A stretch of 64,000 nucleotides of DNA from contig JALOQK010000006.1 of NCBI GenBank assembly GCA_025453395.1, forward strand, positions 22,539 through 86,538, read 5' to 3'. A model generated the notes under the pieces. It saw only the letters and a list, made by a program, of their open reading frames with translations, made no database searches and was not told the DNA's origin. The stretch comes from Candidatus Omnitrophota bacterium. GTDB taxonomy: Bacteria; Omnitrophota; Gorgyraeia; Gygaellales; Profunditerraquicolaceae. Of this stretch, positions 20,452 to 29,543 are shown piece after piece (position 1 is the first letter of the stretch; every line of letters begins with the position of its first letter). Both the position numbers and the translations under genes were made by a program.

Positions 20452-21408
20452 CTATTCTTTCTTAAAAATACTTTTTACAATATATCTGGGGCGCTGTTTA
20501 ACTTCTTCAAATATCTTGCCGATATACTGCCCTAAAACGCTTATCCCTAAAAGCTGGATGGAGCCAATAAAAAGCACTACCACCAAAACTGTTGTAAAAC
20601 CCTGCGGGGCACTGGGAGTAATAATCTTTATAATAATCTGCGCGATGATACCGATCATAGATAAGAAAAATGTTACAAGCGAAAGCAAGGTCATTAATTC
20701 AAGCGGGACATAAGTAAAAGAGAATATTCCTTTCATCGCCCAGCTAAAATTCTTTAAGAAATTATTGGTTGATTTGCCAAACATACGTTCCGGCCTAACA
20801 TAAGAAACACCTGTCTGCTTAAAACCTGCCCAAGCGCGCAAGCCCCTAATAAACCTATCGCGCTCTGGCATATTTTTTAACACCTCTACCGCCTTCTTGT
20901 CTATCAAAGAAAAATCTCCGGCATTAAGCGGAACCTGCACATAAGAGATCTGGTGAAACAGGCGGTAAAAAAGCTTGTAGGCTATCTGCATAAAAATTGG
21001 CGCTTCACGTTTTATGCGCACTCCGTAGATTACGTCAAACCCTTCCAGCCATTTATTATAGAATTGCTCGATTAGCTCAGGGGGGTCCTGCAGGTCACCG
21101 TCAAGAAGCACTACCCCGTCGGAACTTGCGATGTCCATGCCGCTTGTAAACGCCATTTGGGAGCCGAAATTACGCGAATGGTTAACCGCTACCACATGGG
21201 CGTCCTTATTCACAAGCTGTTTTAATACAGCTTCGCTGTTATCAGGGCTGCCATCATTAATAAAAATAATCTCATAGCCACAGCCTATCTTATTAAAAAC
21301 ATCTGTTAGCCGCTTATGCATAATCGGGATTGCCTGTTCGTCTTTATAACAGGCAATAATCGCGGATATCTTTTTCATAAAACCTCCATTTAAATAACCA
21401 ATAATCAA
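20452..21408 (-). CDS. GT2-family glycosyltransferase, polyprenyl-phosphate sugar transferase type (DPM1/ArnC-like) with C-terminal TM helices
   Basis: ISAIIACYKDE...IIFINDGSPDNS (DxD-like) and LLDGDLQDP, plus two C-terminal TM helices. Confidence 0.8.
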   Translation of the reverse strand: MIIGYLNGGFMKKISAIIACYKDEQAIPIMHKRLTDVFNKIGCGYEIIFINDGSPDNSEAVLKQLVNKDAHVVAVNHSRNFGSQMAFTSGMDIASSDGVVLLDGDLQDPPELIEQFYNKWLEGFDVIYGVRIKREAPIFMQIAYKLFYRLFHQISYVQVPLNAGDFSLIDKKAVEVLKNMPERDRFIRGLRAWAGFKQTGVSYVRPERMFGKSTNNFLKNFSWAMKGIFSFTYVPLELMTLLSLVTFFLSMIGIIAQIIIKIITPSAPQGFTTVLVVVLFIGSIQLLGISVLGQYIGKIFEEVKQRPRYIVKSIFKKE

Positions 21409-21520
21409 ATCTCAATCACCAAATAATAACCAATTACCAATGCCTCAATAACCAAACGAATTTGGTAAATTGGTTATTGATTATTGGATTTTATTTGGTT
21501 ATTGGTGCTTAGTTATTGAT
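21393..21520. repeat. A/T-rich imperfect long palindrome built from repeated CCAAT/ATTGG-containing units
   Basis: Left arm aaataaccaataatcaaatctcaatcaccaaataataaccaattaccaatgcctcaataaccaaa. Centre cgaa. Right arm tttggtaaattggttattgattattggattttatttggttattgg. The arms are approximate reverse complements. It fills the gap between the transketolase C-subunit stop and the GT2 start. Confidence 0.5.
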
Positions 21521-21533
21521 AAATTGCATATGT

Positions 21534-22085
21534 CTATTTTATTAAGTTTATATAATACGGCTTTGGGTTATTCGCCATTTCCTCAACCATACTTAAGATT
21601 TGGCTATTATCTTCCGGCCAAAGGCCTGTGATGTTTGAAAATATCTGCATCACCTTTTTATCTTCTTCTGCCCAATGAGAGAAGCCGTCATGCAAATAAT
21701 CTTTATTTCTCCCAGAAGCAACCAGTTTCACCGGGATCATTTCATTATTTATGTAATTACGGATAGTTTCAAACGGGCGGTATAATAAAAATGGAGTTAT
21801 AGAATAAACAAACGGTATCTTTCCCGATAAAGCAAGCCCCACGGAAATATCCATCATCGCCTGTTCAGCGGCTCCGGTATTAATAAATCTTCCCGGATAA
21901 TCAGCGCGTATCTTATCCCACATTTTGTACCCTAAGTCTCCTGTAACAACCCAAATCTTATCATTCCGGGACATTTTATCATGCAGGGCATCAGCAAAAC
22001 ACCTGCGCATCTTTACAGCAGAAATTTCTTTCATACCCCACCCTCTCTTCCCACTCTCATTCCAACCACACAACTCACAACCCAC
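21534..22085 (-). CDS. transketolase-like protein, C-terminal (pyrimidine-binding) subunit, truncated form (183 aa)
   Basis: GRFINTGAAEQAMMDISVGLALSGKIPFVYSITPFLLYRPFETIRN matches the transketolase Pyr domain. It is much shorter than the canonical ~310-aa split-Tkt C subunit, with no C-terminal TKC domain. Confidence 0.7.
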   Translation of the reverse strand: MGCELCGWNESGKRGWGMKEISAVKMRRCFADALHDKMSRNDKIWVVTGDLGYKMWDKIRADYPGRFINTGAAEQAMMDISVGLALSGKIPFVYSITPFLLYRPFETIRNYINNEMIPVKLVASGRNKDYLHDGFSHWAEEDKKVMQIFSNITGLWPEDNSQILSMVEEMANNPKPYYINLIK

Positions 22086-22113
22086 AACTCATAACCCATA
22101 GCCCACCCCCTCT

Positions 22114-22842
22114 TCAACTCAATATCTCCATAGCAAACTTAAAATCTTTTTCGCTCATAACATAGTAATGCGCGTCAAGCCCTTTCAAAAAAGGCATCTG
22201 CTCTGATTTGGTCTTTATTAACAAAAGCAACGGGACACTTTTTGTGCCTGCGTTTCTGGATAATGCCTTAACAATATCATCCGGATCACAAGTATTAATG
22301 CTTACCGGATTTAAACCAAACCCCTTGAACTTACGCAATAAACTGCTTATGTCTACCTTCTTATACGCTGCCCAGCCATTAGCATTAACTAAAATATTAA
22401 GATTAGAAAGCTTGTTTTCCACGGCGATGTTTAAAGCCTCCCAGATACTTCCCTCAGCGCATTCTCCGTCAGATATAAGGCAATAAACATTTTTCTTTCT
22501 ATCGCCCAAGGCCATGCCTGTGGCAATACCTAAGCCATGGCCTAAGCTGCCGCTTGAAACATCTATGCCATAGCTTGCATTACGATCAGGATGAATATTC
22601 AACTGCATCAGGGAATCTTCTCTTAAAGACCCTTGTTTTTCTAATACTGCGTACAAGGCAACTGCGGCATGTCCGCTTGAAAGGACAAACGGCTCATCCT
22701 TTTTCTTCGCCTGATAGACTGCGCCTATAATGTCCACGGCCGTCAAGCAGGAGCCCAAATGCGATAAAGATTTTTTATGGCTTATTTCAATGATTCTGCG
22801 GCGCAGATGTTTATGCTCGTTTTTCAGTTTCTTAAAATCCAT
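22114..22842 (-). CDS. transketolase-like protein, N-terminal (thiamine-diphosphate-binding) subunit
   Basis: SSGHAAVALYAVL and GSLGHGLGIATGMALGDRKKNVYCLISDGECAEGSIWEA form the ThDP-binding GDG...N fold of the transketolase N domain. The 242-aa length suggests a split-enzyme half. Confidence 0.75.
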   Translation of the reverse strand: MDFKKLKNEHKHLRRRIIEISHKKSLSHLGSCLTAVDIIGAVYQAKKKDEPFVLSSGHAAVALYAVLEKQGSLREDSLMQLNIHPDRNASYGIDVSSGSLGHGLGIATGMALGDRKKNVYCLISDGECAEGSIWEALNIAVENKLSNLNILVNANGWAAYKKVDISSLLRKFKGFGLNPVSINTCDPDDIVKALSRNAGTKSVPLLLLIKTKSEQMPFLKGLDAHYYVMSEKDFKFAMEILS

Positions 22843-22844
22843 GA

Positions 22845-23765
22845 TTAGCCTTCCTCTGCAGGCTTAATTGCTATAATACACAAATTGCCCAATCTTAAGC
22901 TAAAGTTTAAAGATAAGAACCAATTCAAAAAACCTGACCTTGCTTTTAAAATATACTCTTTGAATCTTTTTCCAAGCGGTAGCAGCCATAAAAAATAGCT
23001 TAAAGAAATCCTATTATATGGGGAATATATCTTTAAAGTGACAAACCCGCGCGCTTCAAATATTTTCTTTATAGTTTTCTTACTGTATAAAAAAGGATGC
23101 TCGATATCCACAATCGGGCTTTTTTCGCCTAAGAGTTTACTGGAAAGGCTTTCTGCGTCGTGGTTAAAACACAAGACATACCCTCCGGGCACAAGCAGAT
23201 CATAACAAGTCTGCAAGAATTCAACTGGCGCATCAACGTGGTCAAAAGTCTGGAAGAAAAAAATAAAATCAAAACAGCCTTTTTCAAATATGCCGGGTGT
23301 CAAAAAACTTGTTTTAATGCTTGCTTGAAGCGATCCATCGGCCTTAAGTACCGCTTGCTTGCTTGGCTCAATGCCAAAAATATTTTTATAGCCTCTTTTT
23401 AAAAGCTCTGTAAGCAGAAATCCATTGCCGCAACCAATCTCAAGGATCCTGGCGTTCTGGTTTAACCTTTTTAACACCTGCTCCAGCGCTTGCATATAGG
23501 AGCTGGTTAAATTCTTGATTTGCTTTTCGTAATTAAATTTACTCTTACTATAAAAATCTTCTACGGTTGTTTTATCTAAAACAGGATCAGCGCGCAATAA
23601 CCCGTCTTTATTGCATTTCACAATCCGGTAATGCACCCTATCGGGAAGTCGGCGTGCAGAAAAAGTATCTACATTAATATCTGCAGTTTCAAAATTTTGA
23701 TCATAGATTACTTTATAATCGCCAAGGCTGCCGCACAAAGGGCAAGATGTATGCACAAGTTTCAT
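22845..23765 (-). CDS. class I SAM-dependent methyltransferase with N-terminal Cys4 zinc-ribbon (sugar C-methyltransferase-like)
   Basis: N-terminal CPLCG...VKCNKDG is a zinc-ribbon-like element. ARILEIGCGNGFLLTELLKRGYKNIFGIEPS is Rossmann motif I. Confidence 0.7.
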   Translation of the reverse strand: MKLVHTSCPLCGSLGDYKVIYDQNFETADINVDTFSARRLPDRVHYRIVKCNKDGLLRADPVLDKTTVEDFYSKSKFNYEKQIKNLTSSYMQALEQVLKRLNQNARILEIGCGNGFLLTELLKRGYKNIFGIEPSKQAVLKADGSLQASIKTSFLTPGIFEKGCFDFIFFFQTFDHVDAPVEFLQTCYDLLVPGGYVLCFNHDAESLSSKLLGEKSPIVDIEHPFLYSKKTIKKIFEARGFVTLKIYSPYNRISLSYFLWLLPLGKRFKEYILKARSGFLNWFLSLNFSLRLGNLCIIAIKPAEEG

Positions 23766-24700
23766 TTATATATAGAGTGATTTCTTTTAAACCATTCCCA
23801 AGTCAAACTCAAACCTTTTTCTAAGCTGACTTGCGGCTTAAAACCTAAGAGTTTCTTTGCCTTAGAAATATCCGCCACCCAGCAGGAAGTATCCCACTGA
23901 CGCATCGGCATCTTGCCCCATCTAAAAGAAGTAGTTTTGCCGGTTACCTTGACTGCTTTTTCTACAATATCCTTAATTGAAGACTGTTTGCCGGTTGCGA
24001 TATTAAAGATTTCACCGGGGAATAATTTTAGCCGAGATATATTCATATAAGCGCTGACCATGTCATCAACATATATGTAATCGCGCGCGATATCCGGATT
24101 TACCAAATCCATGGCTTTCTTAAAATACAAACAACGCATCAGTGTTGGGACAAAGCGCGAAGGCTGTTCATAGGCCCCATAAACCGAAAACGGCCGAAGC
24201 GTAACAACGGGTTTTTTTTCTTTGCGCGCGAAATACGAGCATAAAAGTGACGCTGAAGACTTACTGACTGCATAATAACTTGTTGGTTCTAAACAATCAT
24301 CTTCGCGCATGGGCTTATCTTTAAACCCATATTCCGAAGAGCTTCCAGTATTAACCAGCAACTCGTAATCAATGCAGGATGCAGCCTTTAAAATATTCCA
24401 TGTGCCGGAAAGATTAACCTTGAATGCTAAATCTGAATCAGTCTGCTCTGGATAAGCTCCATAAGCGGCAAGATGGTAGATTACAGTGGGTTTTGCTTTA
24501 AAGAAAATCTTCTTTAACTCTTGAAAAGAAGTTAAATCTGAACAATGAACTTTTGTTTTCTTAAGAATATCTTTGATGCGCCAGACTTGAGCTTCTTTTC
24601 TTAAGATTATATGGACATCTTCTTTATTTTCAACAAGATGCCTTAATAGGCAAGAGCCCACAAATCCGCTAGCCCCAGTAATAAGATAAACCCTTTTCAC
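23762..24700 (-). CDS. NAD-dependent epimerase/dehydratase (extended SDR)
   Basis: VYLITGASGFVGSCLLRHL (GxxGxxG) and YYAVSKSSAS (YxxxK catalytic dyad) over 312 aa. Confidence 0.8.
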   Translation of the reverse strand: MKRVYLITGASGFVGSCLLRHLVENKEDVHIILRKEAQVWRIKDILKKTKVHCSDLTSFQELKKIFFKAKPTVIYHLAAYGAYPEQTDSDLAFKVNLSGTWNILKAASCIDYELLVNTGSSSEYGFKDKPMREDDCLEPTSYYAVSKSSASLLCSYFARKEKKPVVTLRPFSVYGAYEQPSRFVPTLMRCLYFKKAMDLVNPDIARDYIYVDDMVSAYMNISRLKLFPGEIFNIATGKQSSIKDIVEKAVKVTGKTTSFRWGKMPMRQWDTSCWVADISKAKKLLGFKPQVSLEKGLSLTWEWFKRNHSIYK

Positions 24701-24727
24701 ATACCTCTCCTTGGAGGGTATTTTAGC

Positions 24728-24778
24728 ACAAAAAACACAGGGACGGTTCTATTTTTTTTGAAGAATAGAACCGTCCCT
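24728..24778 (-). terminator. Rho-independent terminator after lipA
   Basis: Minus strand: AGGGACGGTTCTATT-loop-AATAGAACCGTCCCT (15-bp perfect stem) followed by GTGTTTTTTGTG. Confidence 0.65.
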
Positions 24779-24787
24779 CATATTTAC

Positions 24788-25627
24788 TTATTCCTTAAGA
24801 TACTCATGCGCCATGTAGGAACTGCGCGTGTAGGGTGAGCTTTGAACATGCAAAAAACCTAACTTCATGCCTTTTTCTTTATAAAAGGCAAATTTCTCGG
24901 GAGTAACATATTCCTTCACCGGATAGTGTTTAATGCTTGGGGCAAGATACTGGCCAATGCTTAAAAAATCACAGGATGCATGACGCAAATCTGACATAGC
25001 GCAGGCGACTTCTTCTTCTTTCTCGCCCATACCCAGCATAATCCCGGATTTGGTTTTAATCTCTGGCGCAATTTTCTTAATAAATCTTAAAACATCAAGC
25101 GACCTCTGGTAACTTGCGCCTTGACGCACCAAACTGTAAAGCGAAGGCACAGTCTCAATATTATGCGCGATAATATCAGGATAAGAATCTGCGACTGTAG
25201 CTAACGCTTCATCTGAAAGTTTAAAATCCGGAATTAAAATCTCAATTTTTGCTCCTGGCGATAATTTTCGTATGGATAAAACAGTACCCGCAAAAATCTT
25301 TGCTCCTCCATCAGGCAAATCATCCCGGGTTACACTTGTAATTACTACATGAGACAAATTTAATTTCTTTACTGCCTCTGCCACACGCATCGGCTCTTCC
25401 TGATCAACCGCCTCTGGAGTATTGTTCTGAACATTACAGAATTTACAGCCCCTTGTGCAATATTTACCTAAAATCAAAAATGTCGCCTGGTTATGGCTAA
25501 AACACTCTGCAATATTAGGGCAAGAGGCTTGTTCGCAAACCGTATTTAGCTTACTTTCCCGCAGCAATCTCTTCATGTCGGAACAAGCATTAAGATTTAT
25601 TTTCTTATTTAACCAAACTGGTTTCAT
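24788..25627 (-). CDS. lipA: lipoyl synthase
   Basis: CEQASCPNIAEC (auxiliary cluster) and CTRGCKFCNV (radical-SAM CxxxCxxC) over 279 aa. Confidence 0.9.
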   Translation of the reverse strand: MKPVWLNKKINLNACSDMKRLLRESKLNTVCEQASCPNIAECFSHNQATFLILGKYCTRGCKFCNVQNNTPEAVDQEEPMRVAEAVKKLNLSHVVITSVTRDDLPDGGAKIFAGTVLSIRKLSPGAKIEILIPDFKLSDEALATVADSYPDIIAHNIETVPSLYSLVRQGASYQRSLDVLRFIKKIAPEIKTKSGIMLGMGEKEEEVACAMSDLRHASCDFLSIGQYLAPSIKHYPVKEYVTPEKFAFYKEKGMKLGFLHVQSSPYTRSSYMAHEYLKE

Positions 25628-26330
25628 AAAATTCTACTCCAAAATTATCGGAAAAAGAATCAATAAGCTTATCCTCTAAAATATTCCTCTCTGGCAAACT
25701 TGAAAACTGTTCGGATAGACTAGTTACATTTTCTTTTATGCCAAGCGGCATTTTCTTTAAATAACTCTCTAAAAGCTTCCAATCAATACTAAAAGGAATG
25801 CTTCCATGTTGAAAGATGCAATCCCTTTTTCTTTTTTGGGCATTGCCGCCAATCTTCTTCCCGGAAATAGTAACATCATATTTCTCATGGGATGCGCAAC
25901 ACAATTCATGGGGAAAATTTTTATTAAGGAAGCTATCAAGCTCTACAGAAAATTTTGCCTCTAGATTAAGTTTTTTATAAAAATCTAAAAGAAATCGGCA
26001 AATACTGCGATACCCCACAAGCAGGCCCTCTGGCTCATTGATATCCTCTTTAGAACAAGCAAAGCTATAGGTAATCTCATGCCAATGAAAAAGTATCCCG
26101 CCGCCAGTAATTCTTTTTACCACCTCTACATTACAAGCTATGCACCTATCAAGATTAATTTCATCATCGGGAGTTTGAGAGAATCCATAAGTAAAAGAAG
26201 GATTCTTCCATCCATATACACGGAATACTGGGATACGATCTTCTAGATATTGATTAAAGATCTTTTCATCAAGCGCCATATTAAAACTGGCACTTTGTAA
26301 ACCCGACCTTATTAATTTAAATTTTTTCAT
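25605..26330 (-). CDS. lipoate-protein ligase / octanoyltransferase family protein (BPL_LplA_LipB domain)
   Basis: The N-terminal region carries the LplA/LipB catalytic fold signatures (MALDE, RVYGW, GGGILFH, HGS). Its position between gcvP and lipA fits a lipoylation role. Confidence 0.65.
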   Translation of the reverse strand: MKKFKLIRSGLQSASFNMALDEKIFNQYLEDRIPVFRVYGWKNPSFTYGFSQTPDDEINLDRCIACNVEVVKRITGGGILFHWHEITYSFACSKEDINEPEGLLVGYRSICRFLLDFYKKLNLEAKFSVELDSFLNKNFPHELCCASHEKYDVTISGKKIGGNAQKRKRDCIFQHGSIPFSIDWKLLESYLKKMPLGIKENVTSLSEQFSSLPERNILEDKLIDSFSDNFGVEFYETSLVK

Positions 26331-27784
26331 ACAAAACGCAGATTTGGTTCGCGCGCGGCTTTTGTTTCATCAAGGCGCCTAACAGGGGTATTAACTGGAG
26401 CTTGTGTAATAGCAGTTGGATTATCTTGGGCAAGTTTCGCGATTTCAATCATTACATCTATAAACTCATCCAAGGTTTCTTTGGATTCGGTTTCTGTAGG
26501 CTCAATCATTAAGGATTCTTTGACAATTAACGGGAAATAAATCGTGGGAGGATGATAACCTTTATCAATTAAGTACTTGGCAATATCCAAGGCATGCACC
26601 CCAGTTTGCGCCTGGCGCGAGGCTGAAAAAACACACTCATGCATACAGGGTTTATCAAAAGCTGACTGGTAATAATCTTTAAGCTTCACCCGGCAATAGT
26701 TAGCATTTAAAACTGCCATTTCCGAAGCCCTGATCAAACCCTCTTTACCTAAACGTAACATATAAGCGTAAGCCTTTAAGATAACCCCAAAATTTCCGTA
26801 AAAAGGCGCGATATAACCAATAGATTTATGGCGGTGATAATCCAAGGCATAGGTGGCATCACTTCTTTTAATCACTCTTGGGTTGGGCAGGAATTCAACT
26901 AACTTCTCCCCTACGCCTACTGGCCCTGCTCCCGGACCTCCTCCTCCATGAGGAGTGCCAAAGGTTTTATGCAAATTTATATGCACTACATCAAAGCCCA
27001 AATCTCCGGGACGGGCCTTGCCTAAAACTGCGTTTAGATTAGCTCCGTCATAATACATCAATGCCCCTGCCTCATGCGCCATATCAGAGATTTCTTTAAT
27101 GCGCGGATTAAAAATCCCTAAGGTATCCGGACAAGTAAGCATTACCGCGGCAACTTCTTTATTTAATTGCTTTTTATACTCCGCTAAATCCATATAACCG
27201 TCGGGACCAGTGGGAATAACAATAACTTTGTATCCGGCAATAGCCGCGCTTGCGGGATTAGTGCCATGCGAAGAATCCGGCACGATTATATACTTACGCC
27301 TGTCGCCTTTATCCTTGTGATACGCGGCAATCAGCATTACTCCGGTTAACTCACCATGCGCTCCGGCTAAAGGCTGTAAGGTAAAGCCATGCATCCCGGT
27401 AATTTCGCAAAGAAGTTTTTTTGTCTCAAACAAAACTTCTAAAGACCCTTGAGTCAACATCCCGCCTCCGGCAAGTTGCGGCAATAATGGATGCACATGG
27501 GTAAAGCCTTCAAGAGAAGCCACCCGCTCGGTAAACTTAGGATTATATTTCATGGTGCAGGAGCCCAAAGGATAAAAATTACCATCCACAGAAAAATTCA
27601 TCTGTGACAAGTTTGTATAGTGGCGCACTACGTCCAGCTCGCTTAAAGACGGCAATTTTGCTTCTTGCTTGCGGCAATATTTATCTGGCAAGCTCTTAGC
27701 TTCCGGCACATCAGAAGAAGCGTAAGAAAATCCGCGCCTTGCGCTTTTATGCTTTTCAAAAATAAGTTTCATGGGAAATCTCAT
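26327..27784 (-). CDS. gcvPB: glycine dehydrogenase (aminomethyl-transferring) subunit 2
   Basis: PLP-dependent P-protein C-terminal half, with HINLHKTFGTPHGGGGPGAGPVGV containing the PLP-binding Lys region. Confidence 0.9.
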   Translation of the reverse strand: MRFPMKLIFEKHKSARRGFSYASSDVPEAKSLPDKYCRKQEAKLPSLSELDVVRHYTNLSQMNFSVDGNFYPLGSCTMKYNPKFTERVASLEGFTHVHPLLPQLAGGGMLTQGSLEVLFETKKLLCEITGMHGFTLQPLAGAHGELTGVMLIAAYHKDKGDRRKYIIVPDSSHGTNPASAAIAGYKVIVIPTGPDGYMDLAEYKKQLNKEVAAVMLTCPDTLGIFNPRIKEISDMAHEAGALMYYDGANLNAVLGKARPGDLGFDVVHINLHKTFGTPHGGGGPGAGPVGVGEKLVEFLPNPRVIKRSDATYALDYHRHKSIGYIAPFYGNFGVILKAYAYMLRLGKEGLIRASEMAVLNANYCRVKLKDYYQSAFDKPCMHECVFSASRQAQTGVHALDIAKYLIDKGYHPPTIYFPLIVKESLMIEPTETESKETLDEFIDVMIEIAKLAQDNPTAITQAPVNTPVRRLDETKAAREPNLRFV

Positions 27785-29112
27785 AATACAGCCTCCAGAG
27801 CATCCACAAAGGAATTTATCTGCTCTTTGGTTCTTTTTTCAGTTACCGCTACCAGCAAATAATTATCCATACCCTTATAAAACCTGCCCAAAGGAAAACC
27901 ACAGGCAAATCCTTTTTCTATCATCCGGTGCACCACATCATCCGCGTCACGCGGCAACAAAACTGTAAACTCATTAAAAGTAGATGAACTTTTCTTTACC
28001 TGAACCGAAGAAACTCTGGATAAAACATTTTTAGCGTATTCAGATTTCTGATAATTAAGCTGGGCTAATTCTTTTAGGCCATCTCTACCCAAAAGCGCAG
28101 CAAATACCACCGCGCGCAAAGCGCATAAGGCCTCGTTAGAGCAGATATTGGAAGTAGCTTTTTCCCGACGGATATGCTGTTCGCGGGTCTGAAGGGTCAA
28201 AACAAAAGCGCGTTTACCTTGGCTATCAACAGTTTGCCCCACAATTCTTCCGGGCATCTGGCGCACAAGCCCTTTTTTTGCTGACATAAATCCTAAATAA
28301 GGGCCCCCAAAAGATAAGGGAATCCCTAAACTCTGGCCTTCGCCGGTTGCAATATCAAATCCCATCTCACCGGGAGATTTCAGCATCCCTAAAGATACCG
28401 GATATACCGAGGCAATTGCCAAAGCGCCAAACTTATGCACCTGTTCTACTACATCGCTGTAATCATCCACTACCCCAAAGAAATTTGGATTTTGTATAAT
28501 TACCGCCGCAGTTTTGTCATCCAGGTGCTTTGAAAAATCTGACCGCGAGCTTTTTCCATGCTCAATGGGGATCTCTACAAATTCAATAGAAAGATTAGAA
28601 GTATAGGTATAAAGCATGGTGCGGTAAATTAAATTAACCCCGCTATCCATAATAATTTTATTGCGCCCGGTCAGGCGAATCGCCATCATCAAGGCTTCAT
28701 AAAGCGCGGTTCCTCCGTCGTATAAAGAAGCATTGGAAACATCAAGCCCTGTTAATTCGCAGATAATCGTCTGATATTCGTATATTGCCTGCAGCCACCC
28801 TTGTGAACACTCTGGTTGATAAGGAGTGTAAGCCGTATAAAATTCCGGGCGGTTAACAATGGCATCAACTGCCGCTGGGATAAAATGATCATAGAATCCA
28901 GCACCCACAAAATTAATTAAATTGGTCGCGTTTTTAGTAGCAAGCCTGTGCAGGTGTTTGGTTACTTCAAACTCTGATTTACCTGGCGGGATATTAAAAG
29001 ATTTGGGCCTTAAGGCAGGCGGAATATCACCAAAAAGCTCATCAATGCTTGAAACTCCAATAACCTTAAGCATTTCCTGAATATCTTCTTTGGTGTGTGG
29101 CACATAACTCAT
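27781..29112 (-). CDS. gcvPA: glycine dehydrogenase (aminomethyl-transferring) subunit 1
   Basis: P-protein N-terminal half (FIGAGFYDHFIPAAVD, YTPYQPECSQG), translationally coupled to gcvPB by a 4-nt overlap. Confidence 0.9.
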   Translation of the reverse strand: MSYVPHTKEDIQEMLKVIGVSSIDELFGDIPPALRPKSFNIPPGKSEFEVTKHLHRLATKNATNLINFVGAGFYDHFIPAAVDAIVNRPEFYTAYTPYQPECSQGWLQAIYEYQTIICELTGLDVSNASLYDGGTALYEALMMAIRLTGRNKIIMDSGVNLIYRTMLYTYTSNLSIEFVEIPIEHGKSSRSDFSKHLDDKTAAVIIQNPNFFGVVDDYSDVVEQVHKFGALAIASVYPVSLGMLKSPGEMGFDIATGEGQSLGIPLSFGGPYLGFMSAKKGLVRQMPGRIVGQTVDSQGKRAFVLTLQTREQHIRREKATSNICSNEALCALRAVVFAALLGRDGLKELAQLNYQKSEYAKNVLSRVSSVQVKKSSSTFNEFTVLLPRDADDVVHRMIEKGFACGFPLGRFYKGMDNYLLVAVTEKRTKEQINSFVDALEAVL

Positions 29113-29498
29113 TTTGAAAGACCCTCTAGATAAACTTGATAAGCGTTATTATCCATAAGCTTGGCTTTTTCTTGCTCATTATCAAGCTGGATCACAAAGA
29201 AAAAACCTTTTTCATAGCAAGACTTGTTAACTAATTCAGGATGGCTGGCCAATTCTGGATTAACAGATAAAACTGTGCCGGAAAATGGGCTATAAACGTC
29301 CGATGCCGCCTTAACCGACTCTACAACCGCCGCCGGATCAGCTTGTTTTAATGCTTTCCCGACTTTTGGTAAATCTACAAATGTAATATCTCCCAATGAA
29401 CCCTGGGCATAATCAGTAATACCGACATAAGCGGTTTTACCTTCTACGCGCGCCCATTCATGATCTTTGGTATAAAGAAGATTTTCTGGAATATTCAT
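29109..29498 (-). CDS. gcvH: glycine cleavage system H protein
   Basis: MNIPENLLYTKDHEW...VESVKAASDVYSPFSG contains the lipoyl-lysine motif. I prefer the start at M16 (29498), which has AGGAGG 7 nt upstream, over the upstream ATG at 29543. Confidence 0.9.
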   Translation of the reverse strand: MNIPENLLYTKDHEWARVEGKTAYVGITDYAQGSLGDITFVDLPKVGKALKQADPAAVVESVKAASDVYSPFSGTVLSVNPELASHPELVNKSCYEKGFFFVIQLDNEQEKAKLMDNNAYQVYLEGLSK

Positions 29499-29543
29499 CA
29501 AACTTGATCCTCCTGTTATAGCATTATTTTGTCGCCCCACCAT

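Noticed and set aside
21393-21520. CRISPR array, considered for the CCAAT-rich repeat region.
   Set aside because: The units are short and degenerate, arranged as an inverted repeat with no regularly spaced unique spacers. No cas genes are adjacent, and the Cas4-like gene is 35 kb away.
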